Below, one piece after another: positions 10,132-19,469 of a stretch of DNA of 64,000 bases. Numbering within the stretch: position 1 is the stretch's first letter; each line of letters opens with the position of its first letter. Both the position numbers and the translations under genes were made by a program. Origin of the DNA: Bdellovibrionales bacterium (lineage in GTDB: Bacteria > Bdellovibrionota > Bdellovibrionia > Bdellovibrionales > UBA1609); the NCBI GenBank assembly GCA_027317865.1, contig DAHVQG010000003.1, forward strand, positions 64,001-128,000. Reading direction: 5' to 3'. Below the pieces are notes generated by a model, which was not told the origin of the DNA, ran no database searches, and saw nothing but the letters and a program-made list of their open reading frames with translations.

Positions 10132-13077
10132 AAGGTATTCTGGGCCGCCGGTTTTACTTCCAAGCCCTGACATTTTAAAGCCACCGAACGGATGGCGCCC
10201 GACCATCGCCCCCGTGATTCCGCGATTCACGTAAAGGTTGCCGCACAAAAATTGATCACGCACTTTTGCGATATTGGCAGGGGAGCGCGAATAAAGTCCG
10301 CCGGTTAAACCGTATTTTGTGGCATTTGCGATCTCTATTGCTTCGTCGAGATTATTCGCTTTTATCACAGCTAGGACTGGACCAAATATTTCTTCTTGCG
10401 CCAACTCGGAATTCGGGTCGACATCCGCGAAAATATGCGGGCCAATGTAATACCCTCCGCTTGGGGCTTCGCCACGGTAAACCAGACGCGATTGCGTCCC
10501 AGCACCCTCGCTTTGCTCGGAAAATTTTTGAATCGTGCGTGTGATACGATCAAATGCTTCGTGATCGACAATTGGGCCCATGTAAGCATGCGGGTCGGCG
10601 GCATCGCGCACATAAATGCTGCGAGCCGCTTCGACAAGACGATTGAGAAAGCGTTCGTAATTTTCTTCAAGTACAATCACTCGGCTGCATGCCGAACATT
10701 TTTGCCCTTGATATCCAAAAGACGAATACAAAACTCCAGTAACGGCCTCGTCAAGATCTGCGTCCGAGTCGATAATTATTGCGTTTTTGCCGCCCATTTC
10801 AATAATCGCACGTTTCACGAAATTTTGGCCGGGTTGAACATTTGCGGTTTGTTTTACAATTTCAAGACCCACGGCTCGTGAGCCAGTGAAACTAATGGTT
10901 CGAATGGCGGGATGCGCGACGAGATAGGCACCGACGTCTTCGCCCAATGCTGGAACAAACGAAACCACTCCCTTGGGGCAACCGGCTTCAAGCAAATGGC
11001 GCATAAGTCGTGCGCCTATGAGTGAGCTTTGCTCCGCCGGTTTCATGATGCACGTATTGCCACTAACAATTGTGGCGGCCACTTGGCCGCACAATATCGC
11101 AAGCGGAAAGTTCCACGGAGAAATAACAAGTGTCGGACCGCGAGGGATATGTTCGAGCCGACTGTCTTCACCGAGTACAAAACTAACTCTTAAACCCGCT
11201 CCAAGCCGCTCGGCTTCGCTCGCGTAGTATTCACAGAAATCAACGGCCTCGGCAATATCGCCATCGGCTTCCGTCCAAGTTTTGCCGACTTCTAGAACTT
11301 CAAGTGCCATGAGTGAAAAACGCTCTCGTCGAAATATAGTCGCGAGGTTGCGCAAAACTTTCGCGCGTTCACGGGCTGGAGTCGCCCGCCAATTCGTAAA
11401 AGATTTCACGGCCGTTGCAACGGCCAAATCCGCTTCGGCTCGGGTCGCCAGTTCTATTGTTCCTACAGTTTCGGTTGTACAGGAGGGATTTTCACGCGCG
11501 ATCGTCGGTGCTTGCTGCGGCCGAATTTCGCGTCCGTCGATAATTGGCCGAACCACTCGTTTCGAGGATTGCGCACGTACCGTGCGTAAAGCTTCATCCA
11601 TTTTCTCGCGGTTCTTATCAATTCGCCAATCTAAAAGCGGTTCGTTATAAAACCGCCCCGGTTCACGGTCGGGCACTGGCTTTGATTCGGTCATGATCGC
11701 CGCTGGATTCTGCAACAATTTTTTCGTTGAAACGTTCTCCGCAAACTTCGACCGCAAAAATGATTCATTCGACGTGTTTTCGAGTAAGCGGCGCACCAAA
11801 TAAGCCATGCCGGGTATTAATTCGCCAATCGTTGCATATTCTCGAACGCGATAGCCTTGTTTGACGAGCGCCTTTTTTATCGGGTCGGCCATACCGTAAA
11901 GCATTTGAATTTCAAATGCGCGCGAATCAACGCCGAGCTTCTTTGCCGCGACTATAGTTGATGCCATCGACCGAACGTTGTGAGTGCCAGCGGCAAGGCG
12001 CACCCATTGATGATTTGAAAGCATCGCATATGCGCACTTTTCGTAATTATAATCGCTTTCATATTTATTGGTGAAAACCGGAATCGGCCAACCCGCCTGA
12101 TCACTCCACAAGACCTCTTGATCCCAATAGGCGCCTTTTACAAGACGCACGGTAATAGGTGTGCCACGCTTTTGTGCAAATGAAATCAATTTATTTGTGT
12201 CGGCGAGGGATTCACGCAAATACGCTTGTACGACAATGCCGAAATGCGGGTACGAGCGGAATTCATCTTCGAGAAGAAGTTCTTGAAATACCTGTAGCGT
12301 CATGTCTTTGAAACGGTATTGTTCCATGTCGACGTTGACGAAAACACCGCGTTCACGCGCCAGCGAAAAAATGGGGCGCAAACGATCTTTCAATGTGCGA
12401 ACCGAATCGCTCCACGCCTTTTCTGAAACTTGCGAATAAAGAGCCGTCAACTTAACTGAAACGTTCACTTTGGGGATTGGTCCACGATCGTCGCTGTCGA
12501 TTTGCGGATTATTTGGCCACGTTTCGGCATCCTGGCAAAGCCGGCGGATAAGATCGAAATAGCGCGATTGGTATTCAAGCGCTTCCTTTTCAGACAGAGT
12601 TGCTTCTCCCAAAAGATCAGCTGTGAACGCGAGAGAATTTTCACGCGCTTTACGCAAAACTTTCAGCGCCGCTTCCGGATTTTCGCCGGTAATAAACATT
12701 TTGGCCATTTGCGTGACATTTTTTCGGATCGCGCCGGCCATCAGCGCTGGTGCCAGAGAACCGACTCCGAGTCCGAAACTTAAAATACCCGAAGCATCTT
12801 CTGGTAGATCCGCAAAATATTCTTTCAGGTGGCGCGCGACCTCCGAGCTGGAGTTCAAATACGGCAAGACATCGACGAAGCGAAACATCCGCGTCTTGAA
12901 CTGTTCATTTTTCATGCTCCAGTCCATAATGCGGCCGTACCACCAATCTTTGTTGAAAATGGACGACGAATCGTTGGCGATCATTTGAAAAATCTGTTCG
13001 CCCGTTTGTTCCACCTCGGCTTCAAAATCGACCGCCTGAGTTGTGGATTGCGAACGTTCAAAATCTTGAGTGTTCAT
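10066..13077 (-). CDS. putA: Bifunctional proline dehydrogenase / P5C dehydrogenase
   Basis: RLVKGAYWD, YLVRRLLENTSN (PRODH); ISPWNFPLAI, EMGGKN, GQKCSA, EEIFGP (ALDH). Confidence 0.97.
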   Translation of the reverse strand: MNTQDFERSQSTTQAVDFEAEVEQTGEQIFQMIANDSSSIFNKDWWYGRIMDWSMKNEQFKTRMFRFVDVLPYLNSSSEVARHLKEYFADLPEDASGILSFGLGVGSLAPALMAGAIRKNVTQMAKMFITGENPEAALKVLRKARENSLAFTADLLGEATLSEKEALEYQSRYFDLIRRLCQDAETWPNNPQIDSDDRGPIPKVNVSVKLTALYSQVSEKAWSDSVRTLKDRLRPIFSLARERGVFVNVDMEQYRFKDMTLQVFQELLLEDEFRSYPHFGIVVQAYLRESLADTNKLISFAQKRGTPITVRLVKGAYWDQEVLWSDQAGWPIPVFTNKYESDYNYEKCAYAMLSNHQWVRLAAGTHNVRSMASTIVAAKKLGVDSRAFEIQMLYGMADPIKKALVKQGYRVREYATIGELIPGMAYLVRRLLENTSNESFLRSKFAENVSTKKLLQNPAAIMTESKPVPDREPGRFYNEPLLDWRIDKNREKMDEALRTVRAQSSKRVVRPIIDGREIRPQQAPTIARENPSCTTETVGTIELATRAEADLAVATAVKSFTNWRATPARERAKVLRNLATIFRRERFSLMALEVLEVGKTWTEADGDIAEAVDFCEYYASEAERLGAGLRVSFVLGEDSRLEHIPRGPTLVISPWNFPLAILCGQVAATIVSGNTCIMKPAEQSSLIGARLMRHLLEAGCPKGVVSFVPALGEDVGAYLVAHPAIRTISFTGSRAVGLEIVKQTANVQPGQNFVKRAIIEMGGKNAIIIDSDADLDEAVTGVLYSSFGYQGQKCSACSRVIVLEENYERFLNRLVEAARSIYVRDAADPHAYMGPIVDHEAFDRITRTIQKFSEQSEGAGTQSRLVYRGEAPSGGYYIGPHIFADVDPNSELAQEEIFGPVLAVIKANNLDEAIEIANATKYGLTGGLYSRSPANIAKVRDQFLCGNLYVNRGITGAMVGRHPFGGFKMSGLGSKTGGPEYLLQYMDPRVVTENTIRRGFAPK

Positions 13078-14063
13078 AATTTTGGTCTTTGTTTATAGCC
13101 TTGTTTTTCTAGGAGGCGCACCATACCGTCAATATGATTTTTTGGTACAATGGCGAGCATCTTAGCCGCGCCCTGGCGTCCCCGCAATACACGAATAATA
13201 TTTTTGACCATCGTTACACTTCTACCGTTCATAATGCTTATGCCCATAGGGAAGTAACGCTGGTACCAGGCTCGCAATTTGAATTGCGGAGAGGTGATTA
13301 TGAAATGATTGGCATAGCGGTAAAAGTTGGCACCGGTAAAGGCCAAATCAGTGAACCATTGGGCCCAATTCGGTATGTGGCCGGCCGCGAAGTAGAACCC
13401 CGTAAAAAGCGCCGCTGAAATATACGAGCTAATGGACTCGAAGTTTTCTCCCAAAGTGGGGGAATGGTTTTTTTCAAGATCAATAATTTGGAGCTGCGGT
13501 GAGAATAGCGATCGACCCAGAGAAGCATTTTCGATGTCGACAACGGTGACGGCATCGGGTTGACCGTACTGGCCGTATATTCGGCCCAAAATTCGAATAA
13601 TGCCAAGTCGTTTTGTCACGTCCGCCAAACTGAAACTAAAATGTTGTCCGGCTAAATGAAACAACCGGGCATTGATTTGACCACCCCAAGTACTGTGAAC
13701 GCCGTTACCGGTGACACCGATATGGTCAAAATGGCTCATGAGGGGACGCGCGCTGGTTAAATTGACATTGGTTTTAGGAGCAATCAGTACAACTGTTTTC
13801 AATTGACCGTTGATCGGCTTATGTAAGACCCGAATATCAAAATCGGCTCGTGCTTCTTGGATCGCAGACTCGAATGTTCTAAAGGGTAACGGCGGTGCCG
13901 GCGGACTTTTTAGAATTTGATAACAAGAACCGGCAATTTCTCCTGATGAAAGTGCTGTTGTTGGATCGGCAACGGCCTGATGGCCACGTCCAATTAAGCC
14001 CAAAATGAAAACGGCGACGATCAAACTTTTAAAATTTGAAACTAATGTATGTCGGGGTTTCAT
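13074..14063 (-). CDS. Exported hypothetical protein, possibly a degenerate TraB/GumN-like fold
   Basis: Signal peptide from ATG 14063; C-terminal RSVTMVKNI...LAIVPKNHIDGMVRLL resembles the TraB R..M...I...VG..H..G...LL pattern. Confidence 0.5.
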   Translation of the reverse strand: MKPRHTLVSNFKSLIVAVFILGLIGRGHQAVADPTTALSSGEIAGSCYQILKSPPAPPLPFRTFESAIQEARADFDIRVLHKPINGQLKTVVLIAPKTNVNLTSARPLMSHFDHIGVTGNGVHSTWGGQINARLFHLAGQHFSFSLADVTKRLGIIRILGRIYGQYGQPDAVTVVDIENASLGRSLFSPQLQIIDLEKNHSPTLGENFESISSYISAALFTGFYFAAGHIPNWAQWFTDLAFTGANFYRYANHFIITSPQFKLRAWYQRYFPMGISIMNGRSVTMVKNIIRVLRGRQGAAKMLAIVPKNHIDGMVRLLEKQGYKQRPKL

Positions 14064-14166
14064 TACGTGCGTTAATATACCAAACGGCAGCACGCGCCGC
14101 CATAACGCCCTTACATTAAGCGTGGTAATAATTTTCAAATTATGGAGCAAAAAGTGGCAGTTCGGG

Positions 14167-14802
14167 CTATTTACCTGATTTTAATTTCGCCACCCATTCC
14201 TCAGATTGTTTAACAACGCGCTGGTACGCCGGTCGATCCGTGCAACGTGCGACGTATTTTTGAAACGCGGGACGTTGCTCCAATATTTTGGTCATAAAGC
14301 CAAAGCCAATGTTTGACGACAAATAGAGGTCCGCCGCCGTGAAATGATCGCCTAAAAGGAATGGCTTGTCGCTCACGGCTTTTTCAAGTGTGTTAACGGC
14401 GTCTTCAAAGGTCCCGTAACTCAGTGCCCCAGTGCGCTCAACTGGCGGTCGCCCGAGCATTTTGTCAACAATGGCCGGCTCAGCGCAAAGGCCGCCGAAA
14501 AACATCCAACGGTAATAAGTGCCGCGTTCAGGCGAGTCTGTTTCTGGCGCGAGTTTCGCTTTTGAAAACGCATCGGCTAAATAAGTGATAATCGCCGGTG
14601 TCTCGGTGATAACGACTCCACGGTGAACAATCGCCGGTACCTTACCCATGGGGTTGATCGCAAGATATTTTGGCTCTTTATGTTCGCGCTTATCAAAACT
14701 CAAAAGTTTAGCTTCATACGGCGCGCCGGTTTCTTCGAGCATCCAATGTACGGTGCGTCCGCGTGACATCGGGTTTGTGTAAAACGTAACTTTGTTATCC
14801 AT
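14167..14802 (-). CDS. Glutathione S-transferase family protein
   Basis: NPMSRG, INPMGKVPAI, ETPAIITYLAD, FLLGDHFTAADL. Confidence 0.95.
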   Translation of the reverse strand: MDNKVTFYTNPMSRGRTVHWMLEETGAPYEAKLLSFDKREHKEPKYLAINPMGKVPAIVHRGVVITETPAIITYLADAFSKAKLAPETDSPERGTYYRWMFFGGLCAEPAIVDKMLGRPPVERTGALSYGTFEDAVNTLEKAVSDKPFLLGDHFTAADLYLSSNIGFGFMTKILEQRPAFQKYVARCTDRPAYQRVVKQSEEWVAKLKSGK

Positions 14803-14837
14803 GCTGCCCCCCTTGAATTGTTAAAGCATACACCCAA

Positions 14838-14872
14838 CAAAAACAGGCGGGGAGGTTTTATCCTCCCCATGC
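14838..14872 (-). terminator. Intrinsic terminator
   Basis: Minus strand GGGGAGG-ATAAAA-CCTCCCC followed by GCCTGTTTTT. Confidence 0.6.
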
Positions 14873-14949
14873 GGTGGGCTAATTGGCGGGCTGATTTGCT
14901 CCCCTTTATGGTCCTCCAGATCAGGAGAAGGAGCGGGTGGGCCGTTGTT
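14838..14949 (-). ncRNA. Candidate structured small RNA or 5' leader
   Basis: GC-rich non-coding stretch with two hairpins, three GCCCRCC copies, an upstream sigma54-type promoter and a terminal hairpin plus U tract. Confidence 0.45.
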
Positions 14950-14959
14950 TAGTGAGTAC

Positions 14960-14975
14960 TGCATACTTGAGACCA
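14960..14975 (-). promoter_or_regulatory. Sigma54-type promoter
   Basis: TGGTCTCAAGTATGCA = GG-N10-GC. Confidence 0.5.
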
Positions 14976-15319
14976 ACTTTGGTGGAGTCAAAATGGAACA
15001 AAAATGCTGTATAAGCCCAACAGTTCGTTTTTCGCACGAGCCAAAAGTTTTACTTATGTGTCACTTTCAGCGCACTTGGTAGCGAAACGGGACCGTAGCA
15101 CAAATGTGGAACAAAAATTGTCATTTGCCCGTAGTCGAATTGTCTACATTTTAGGCGATTCATTTCAGCTACTGATTTCAATCAGTTCGGCGTAATTCGG
15201 CGGTTTATGGTTGTAGTGTATTCGTCGTTGCCAACAATTGGTAGCCAGGGGTCAGTTTCTTTGTCATCTGGCAAATTTTGAAATCATAAACGAAATCAAA
15301 CTGTTGCGAAATGGCCCGC

Positions 15320-15335
15320 GGGCATTCGATTTGCC
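15320..15335 (+). promoter_or_regulatory. Sigma54-type promoter
   Basis: GGGCATTCGATTTGCC = GG-N10-GC, upstream of the matrixin gene. Confidence 0.5.
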
Positions 15336-15348
15336 ATAACGGTAAAGT

Positions 15349-16032
15349 ATGAACTACGAACAATTGCCCCCCAAAAAAACACGATTTTCTCAGATGAAAA
15401 TTATGGCAATACTCGGAATTTTAACGGGATTGTTCTTGGTTGAAGCTTGCGGGCGTAAAATTAATCCTCAATCGGCCGACGGTTTCGTTGAAAACCAAAA
15501 CTTGCAACGAGTTTCATGGAGTCCAAACGACTTGCCGGTAAATCTATATTTAGACGCGTCGGTTCCGCAACAATATGTTCCTACGATTGAAAAGGCCATC
15601 GCCATTTGGAATCACGTTGGGCAAACAATCGCCCACGAAGACTTTTTTGTTTTGCGTACAGGCGACCCCGGCAGCCCGACGCCGGCGCAGGACGGTTATA
15701 ACAAGATCTATTTTGTACACAACTGGAACACCACTACTGATAACGAACAAGGGTTGACTACAGTCTATTGGGCGGGGACGCGGATTTATGAAGCCGATGT
15801 CCGGATTAATGCGACGGGAACATTTCAATATTTTACTGAAAGTACAAACCCAAACCGTTACTCGGAGGTCGATTTTGAATCCTTGATTATTCATGAGTTG
15901 GGCCATGTGCTGGGCCTTGCCCACGTAACTGCGAGCGATAGTGTGATGCAACCGAGTCTAGCTGATGGCCAAGTTCGAAATACACCTGGACCGACGGACT
16001 ATAAAGATTTGGCTTCTCAGTACGGGACATGA
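15349..16032 (+). CDS. Matrixin (M10) zinc metalloprotease, lipoprotein
   Basis: HELGHVLGLAH plus Met-turn SVMQP; lipobox-like VEAC; alternative start at 15394. Confidence 0.9.
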   Translation: MNYEQLPPKKTRFSQMKIMAILGILTGLFLVEACGRKINPQSADGFVENQNLQRVSWSPNDLPVNLYLDASVPQQYVPTIEKAIAIWNHVGQTIAHEDFFVLRTGDPGSPTPAQDGYNKIYFVHNWNTTTDNEQGLTTVYWAGTRIYEADVRINATGTFQYFTESTNPNRYSEVDFESLIIHELGHVLGLAHVTASDSVMQPSLADGQVRNTPGPTDYKDLASQYGT

Positions 16033-16160
16033 GTAAAAAGTTCCAAATTGGAACTAGACACTGGAGAATTTTACGAATTTAAGATGATTTAAGTTTTGCG
16101 AATTGAAGACAGGATCTAGCATTAAGTAGTGCTATTGAATAAGACGAAAGAAGAGGTCAC

Positions 16161-16406
16161 ATGAAGGCCAATCAAGCGATCGACGAAGCCGCGACAAGTG
16201 AAAACACGGCGAGACAAGTAAAACAATTCAACCGCGTGACGGATGAATCAATCGGTTGGACCGCAGGTGAGAATTTTTCTCGCGAAGCTTTTGAAAACGA
16301 AGACGGTTTATTGTCGCAATTTCGAGCCCATCTAGACCAGATCGAAGAACTTAATGCACGTTTACATTTTGTATTGGGCGAAATTCGCCCGCTGATTCGC
16401 CGCTAA
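16161..16406 (+). CDS. Small hypothetical coiled-coil protein
   Basis: GAGG RBS; C-terminal heptads (LDQIEELNARLHFVLGEI). Confidence 0.65.
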   Translation: MKANQAIDEAATSENTARQVKQFNRVTDESIGWTAGENFSREAFENEDGLLSQFRAHLDQIEELNARLHFVLGEIRPLIRR

Positions 16407-16411
16407 TTTAT

Positions 16412-17629
16412 TTAACTTTCTATCGGTAATTTTGGAATTCGAACGACGAGATAACCGTTCTCGTAAGTTTTCTCGACATCTTTAGGAATGGTCGGATGTT
16501 CTAGCGGAATTGTTTCGTGAAATGACTCTGCGGAATTGGACGAAAAGGTTTTGCCCGCCAACTTCGTCTGATCGTTAAATTCACGCTCGCAGCTGATTAC
16601 GGCTTTATTTGATTCGACATATACATTCACATCGTCTTTTTCAAATTCCGGTACTTTCGTTTTCAAAATATAAAAGTTGGGCGTTTCTTCTAGCGTCGTT
16701 TCAAATGCGTGCATTCGGTAAAATGGATCTTCTGAAGCCTTTTCGTAAACGCCAAACTCTTGAAATAGGCGTTTCTTTTGGTTCATCAATGCATTTATAA
16801 ATTGATTATGTTGATTTTCGAGTTGCCCTTCATCGACCCCTTGGTTTGCATTATATATTCTATGAAAATCTTGCGCTTGTTCGCGCAGCGCCTTTGATTC
16901 GATTTTACGTTGTTCCGCCAATTGCTGTTGTTCCAACTGCGTTTCGTGTTTTTCATCACTCTGTTGGGTCATTCGTCTTTTTTGCATCTCTGCCTTATAG
17001 CCGAGATCTTGCTGGGCGAGTTGTTTTTTGTATAATTTTTTTTGTGTCTCTAGGGCCTGTTGTCCGTGTTCACGAATGGCTTTGAGTTTACTGCTGTAGC
17101 GTTGATTGGCGAGTTTGAGTTGCTCCGTACCGCGATCCGTTTCATTACTGAGATTTTCTTCGTCTGTTTTTTGTTGGGCGGCAAGACGCTCCTCGCCCAT
17201 AGTTTTTTCTTGAGCGTATTTGGTTTGTAGGTCTCTTTGCAGCCGGTCGAGTTTTTGGCTGTCTAATTTTTGTTGATTGCTATATAGGTATTGCGATTTT
17301 TCACGTTGATCCTGCAACGTTTCGTCTGAAGCCGTTTGTTGTTTTTTGAGCTGGTCGCGTGTTTCTTGCCGAATGTGATTAATGGCGGCTTCGGTTTGCG
17401 CTTGGTCCTCATTGACCTCTCGATTGGAACTTTTTCGTTGCTGTTGCAACTGTTCATGCGTCTCGTTTTGAATGTTATTGAGCGCAGATTTATTTTGCGC
17501 CTGTTCTTCGGCTATTTCTCTTCGGTAACGTCGGCGGATATCCTGAAGCTCTCGCTCGTTTTTCTGAATAACTTCCGCTCGGCGTTGTCGATACCTATTG
17601 TTGAGGTCTGCAATGGAATCGGCCATCAA
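16412..17629 (-). CDS. Hsp20/alpha-crystallin domain protein with ~300 aa coiled-coil N-terminus
   Basis: C-terminal ETPNFYILKTKVP...YENGYLVVRIPK; Q/E/K/R-rich N-terminus. Confidence 0.8.
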   Translation of the reverse strand: MMADSIADLNNRYRQRRAEVIQKNERELQDIRRRYRREIAEEQAQNKSALNNIQNETHEQLQQQRKSSNREVNEDQAQTEAAINHIRQETRDQLKKQQTASDETLQDQREKSQYLYSNQQKLDSQKLDRLQRDLQTKYAQEKTMGEERLAAQQKTDEENLSNETDRGTEQLKLANQRYSSKLKAIREHGQQALETQKKLYKKQLAQQDLGYKAEMQKRRMTQQSDEKHETQLEQQQLAEQRKIESKALREQAQDFHRIYNANQGVDEGQLENQHNQFINALMNQKKRLFQEFGVYEKASEDPFYRMHAFETTLEETPNFYILKTKVPEFEKDDVNVYVESNKAVISCEREFNDQTKLAGKTFSSNSAESFHETIPLEHPTIPKDVEKTYENGYLVVRIPKLPIES

Positions 17630-17665
17630 TTCAATGCTAACACGAATTGGTATTGAAAATAAAAA

Positions 17666-17971
17666 CTAGAGAGGATTTCCCGTCTTCTGGAGGGGCGCAA
17701 TCGAGGCGCCAGCGGGTTTCGAGCAAATCGGGTGAAAGTGGCTCATGTTGCCGTGGCACATCCATGAATCCACAGGTTGAATCGTTTCGGAGGCTTGCAG
17801 GGGATGGTAAGTTGGGTATTGCCGGCTGTCGAGAATCGAAACAACCGTGCGCGACTCGCCTGAAGTCGAGTTCGTGATTTTAAGTTTATAAGCGCGGTAC
17901 CCGCCTAGCACAAGGTCCGGAAAAACAAAAACAGCAATTGTGAGAACGATAACAAGCATACCGATTCGCAT
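17666..17971 (-). CDS. Small exported hypothetical protein
   Basis: Hydrophobic N-terminus; WMCHGN...PIC cysteine pair. Confidence 0.65.
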   Translation of the reverse strand: MRIGMLVIVLTIAVFVFPDLVLGGYRAYKLKITNSTSGESRTVVSILDSRQYPTYHPLQASETIQPVDSWMCHGNMSHFHPICSKPAGASIAPLQKTGNPL

Positions 17972-17978
17972 GATGCCC

Positions 17979-18005
17979 GTATCGGAAAAAAAAGGTCGCG
18001 CTTTA
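17979..18005 (-). promoter_or_regulatory. Sigma28 (FliA)-type promoter
   Basis: TAAA-N15-TCCGATAC, 7 nt before ATG 17971. Confidence 0.65.
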
Positions 18006-18326
18006 GTGTCGCGTCGGTTTGTGAGTCAGTAAAGTCGACTCGACAATGTGAAAATATGTGCGTAATAGAATTTCATATTGTGCGGGGTCGAGCCGTTCAA
18101 TAAAAGCTCGTTTTTCTTCAATCGACGTTTTCTGAATGAGCTGATCAAAAAGGCGCTGAATAACATTCATGTTTTCGGCAGTAAAAAAATCCAGTTCTTC
18201 GGTTGGTTTTTTTAATACATGCGCGATTTGGTTATTATCAAAAAGATGATGAATGCCCATCATCGACTGATTTAATAACTTTTCTAGTGCGGCTATATTA
18301 ACGTCTTCGATCTTTGCATCTTCCAT
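18003..18326 (-). CDS. Hypothetical helical protein
   Basis: ATG 18326 with GGAGG RBS (18338-18342). Confidence 0.7.
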   Translation of the reverse strand: MEDAKIEDVNIAALEKLLNQSMMGIHHLFDNNQIAHVLKKPTEELDFFTAENMNVIQRLFDQLIQKTSIEEKRAFIERLDPAQYEILLRTYFHIVESTLLTHKPTRH

Positions 18327-18357
18327 CGTCGCGCGAACCTCCGTTTTGTTGCCTGGT

Positions 18358-18374
18358 TGTCTCATCTTGAGACA
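18358..18374. promoter_or_regulatory. Perfect 7-3-7 palindrome, putative transcription-factor site
   Basis: TGTCTCA-TCT-TGAGACA; second copy TGTCTCA-AGA-CGAGACG at 18494-18510 in the same divergent intergenic region. Confidence 0.65.
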
Positions 18375-18549
18375 CGCGATGTTCCTAAATTGATTAGAAA
18401 AACAATTATCCTCGAGGGCAAGCGAAAAGGCGGCGGATTTGACATGATCGGCCGCAATCCCTATCATTAATATAGAGGTGATGTACCTCGCTTTGTCTCA
18501 AGACGAGACGGGGTGCAAATGAAACTGGACTTTCAACGGGATAATAAAA

Positions 18550-19395
18550 ATGAGCCGTCGAATGGCAAAAAAAGATCTTGAAAAGATCGTCATCGATGAG
18601 TCGAAAAATCTCGTTTTTGATTCTGAAGACGAGCTTTATCAACATTTCTTCAAAGAGATTTCTTTTTTGGAGAAAGAGTTCTTTTCGCTTCGGCCGCAAG
18701 ACGACATCACCGAAGCGGAATTCGACAACTACGAAAAAAATCTGAGCGTTCTTCTCGAGAATCCAGATGAAATTTGGCATGATACCTCGACTATAGCCGG
18801 GGTTGATTTTTATATTTACATTCGAAAATTCGAAGTTGAAGAGCCGGAGGGTGACGAGTCCGTACTGTATCATGTCGCATTCGTCTATTTAACCGGTAAA
18901 GTTCCCAGTTTTGTTTACCTGCACTTTCCGACTCGCAGTGAAAGTCTTGTCGCCAAATACCGGCGCGGCGAGAAAAGTTATGACCGAATTGAACAGAATG
19001 TCCCGTTGGGCGCTATTGACGGGGATGCTTTACATGAAAGTGACGAGCTCGCACGCGGGCTTTATTTCGCAATGCTAAAAGTTCGCAGCGAAAGCGACAT
19101 AAAAGAAGCTGAATTTCGTGATTTTGCACGGCTTCGCGAAAGTACGATCGAGCAACCTGACGAAATATGGCGCAACAATGATTCTATGGGGAATGTCTTG
19201 GTCAGTTTTATCCGCGAGTATCCGGAAGAAGAATTGAAGGGGCTATATTATATAGCTGTTACTCTTGAGGATATGGCATCGAACAGCCACGCGCTTTTGT
19301 TTTCGTTTCCGACTGTGGACGAAGCGCTCGTCGGCCGCTACCGGCATGGCGAAAATTTGCAAGCTGATGAGGTCGTGCAAGAGGCGAGTCACTGA
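18550..19395 (+). CDS. Acidic protein with two tandem PBECR2-like (BECR nuclease-fold) domains
   Basis: Internal duplication LENPDEIW...HFPTRSESLVAKYRRGE / IEQPDEIW...SFPTVDEALVGRYRHGE. Confidence 0.65.
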   Translation: MSRRMAKKDLEKIVIDESKNLVFDSEDELYQHFFKEISFLEKEFFSLRPQDDITEAEFDNYEKNLSVLLENPDEIWHDTSTIAGVDFYIYIRKFEVEEPEGDESVLYHVAFVYLTGKVPSFVYLHFPTRSESLVAKYRRGEKSYDRIEQNVPLGAIDGDALHESDELARGLYFAMLKVRSESDIKEAEFRDFARLRESTIEQPDEIWRNNDSMGNVLVSFIREYPEEELKGLYYIAVTLEDMASNSHALLFSFPTVDEALVGRYRHGENLQADEVVQEASH

Positions 19396-19430
19396 TAAGT
19401 TTAGCTGCTTCCGGCCATCTTTTCTTCTGG

Positions 19431-19464
19431 GGCCACCTCGTATTTTGGGGTGGCCTTGTGTTTT
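19431..19464 (+). terminator. Intrinsic terminator
   Basis: GGCCACCTC-N7-GGGGTGGCC followed by TTGTGTTTT, between convergent genes. Confidence 0.65.
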
Positions 19465-19469
19465 GCGGT

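Noticed and set aside
15004-15195. 63-aa ORF in the GST-matrixin intergenic region
   Set aside because: No convincing RBS or domain; the region is rich in regulatory motifs.
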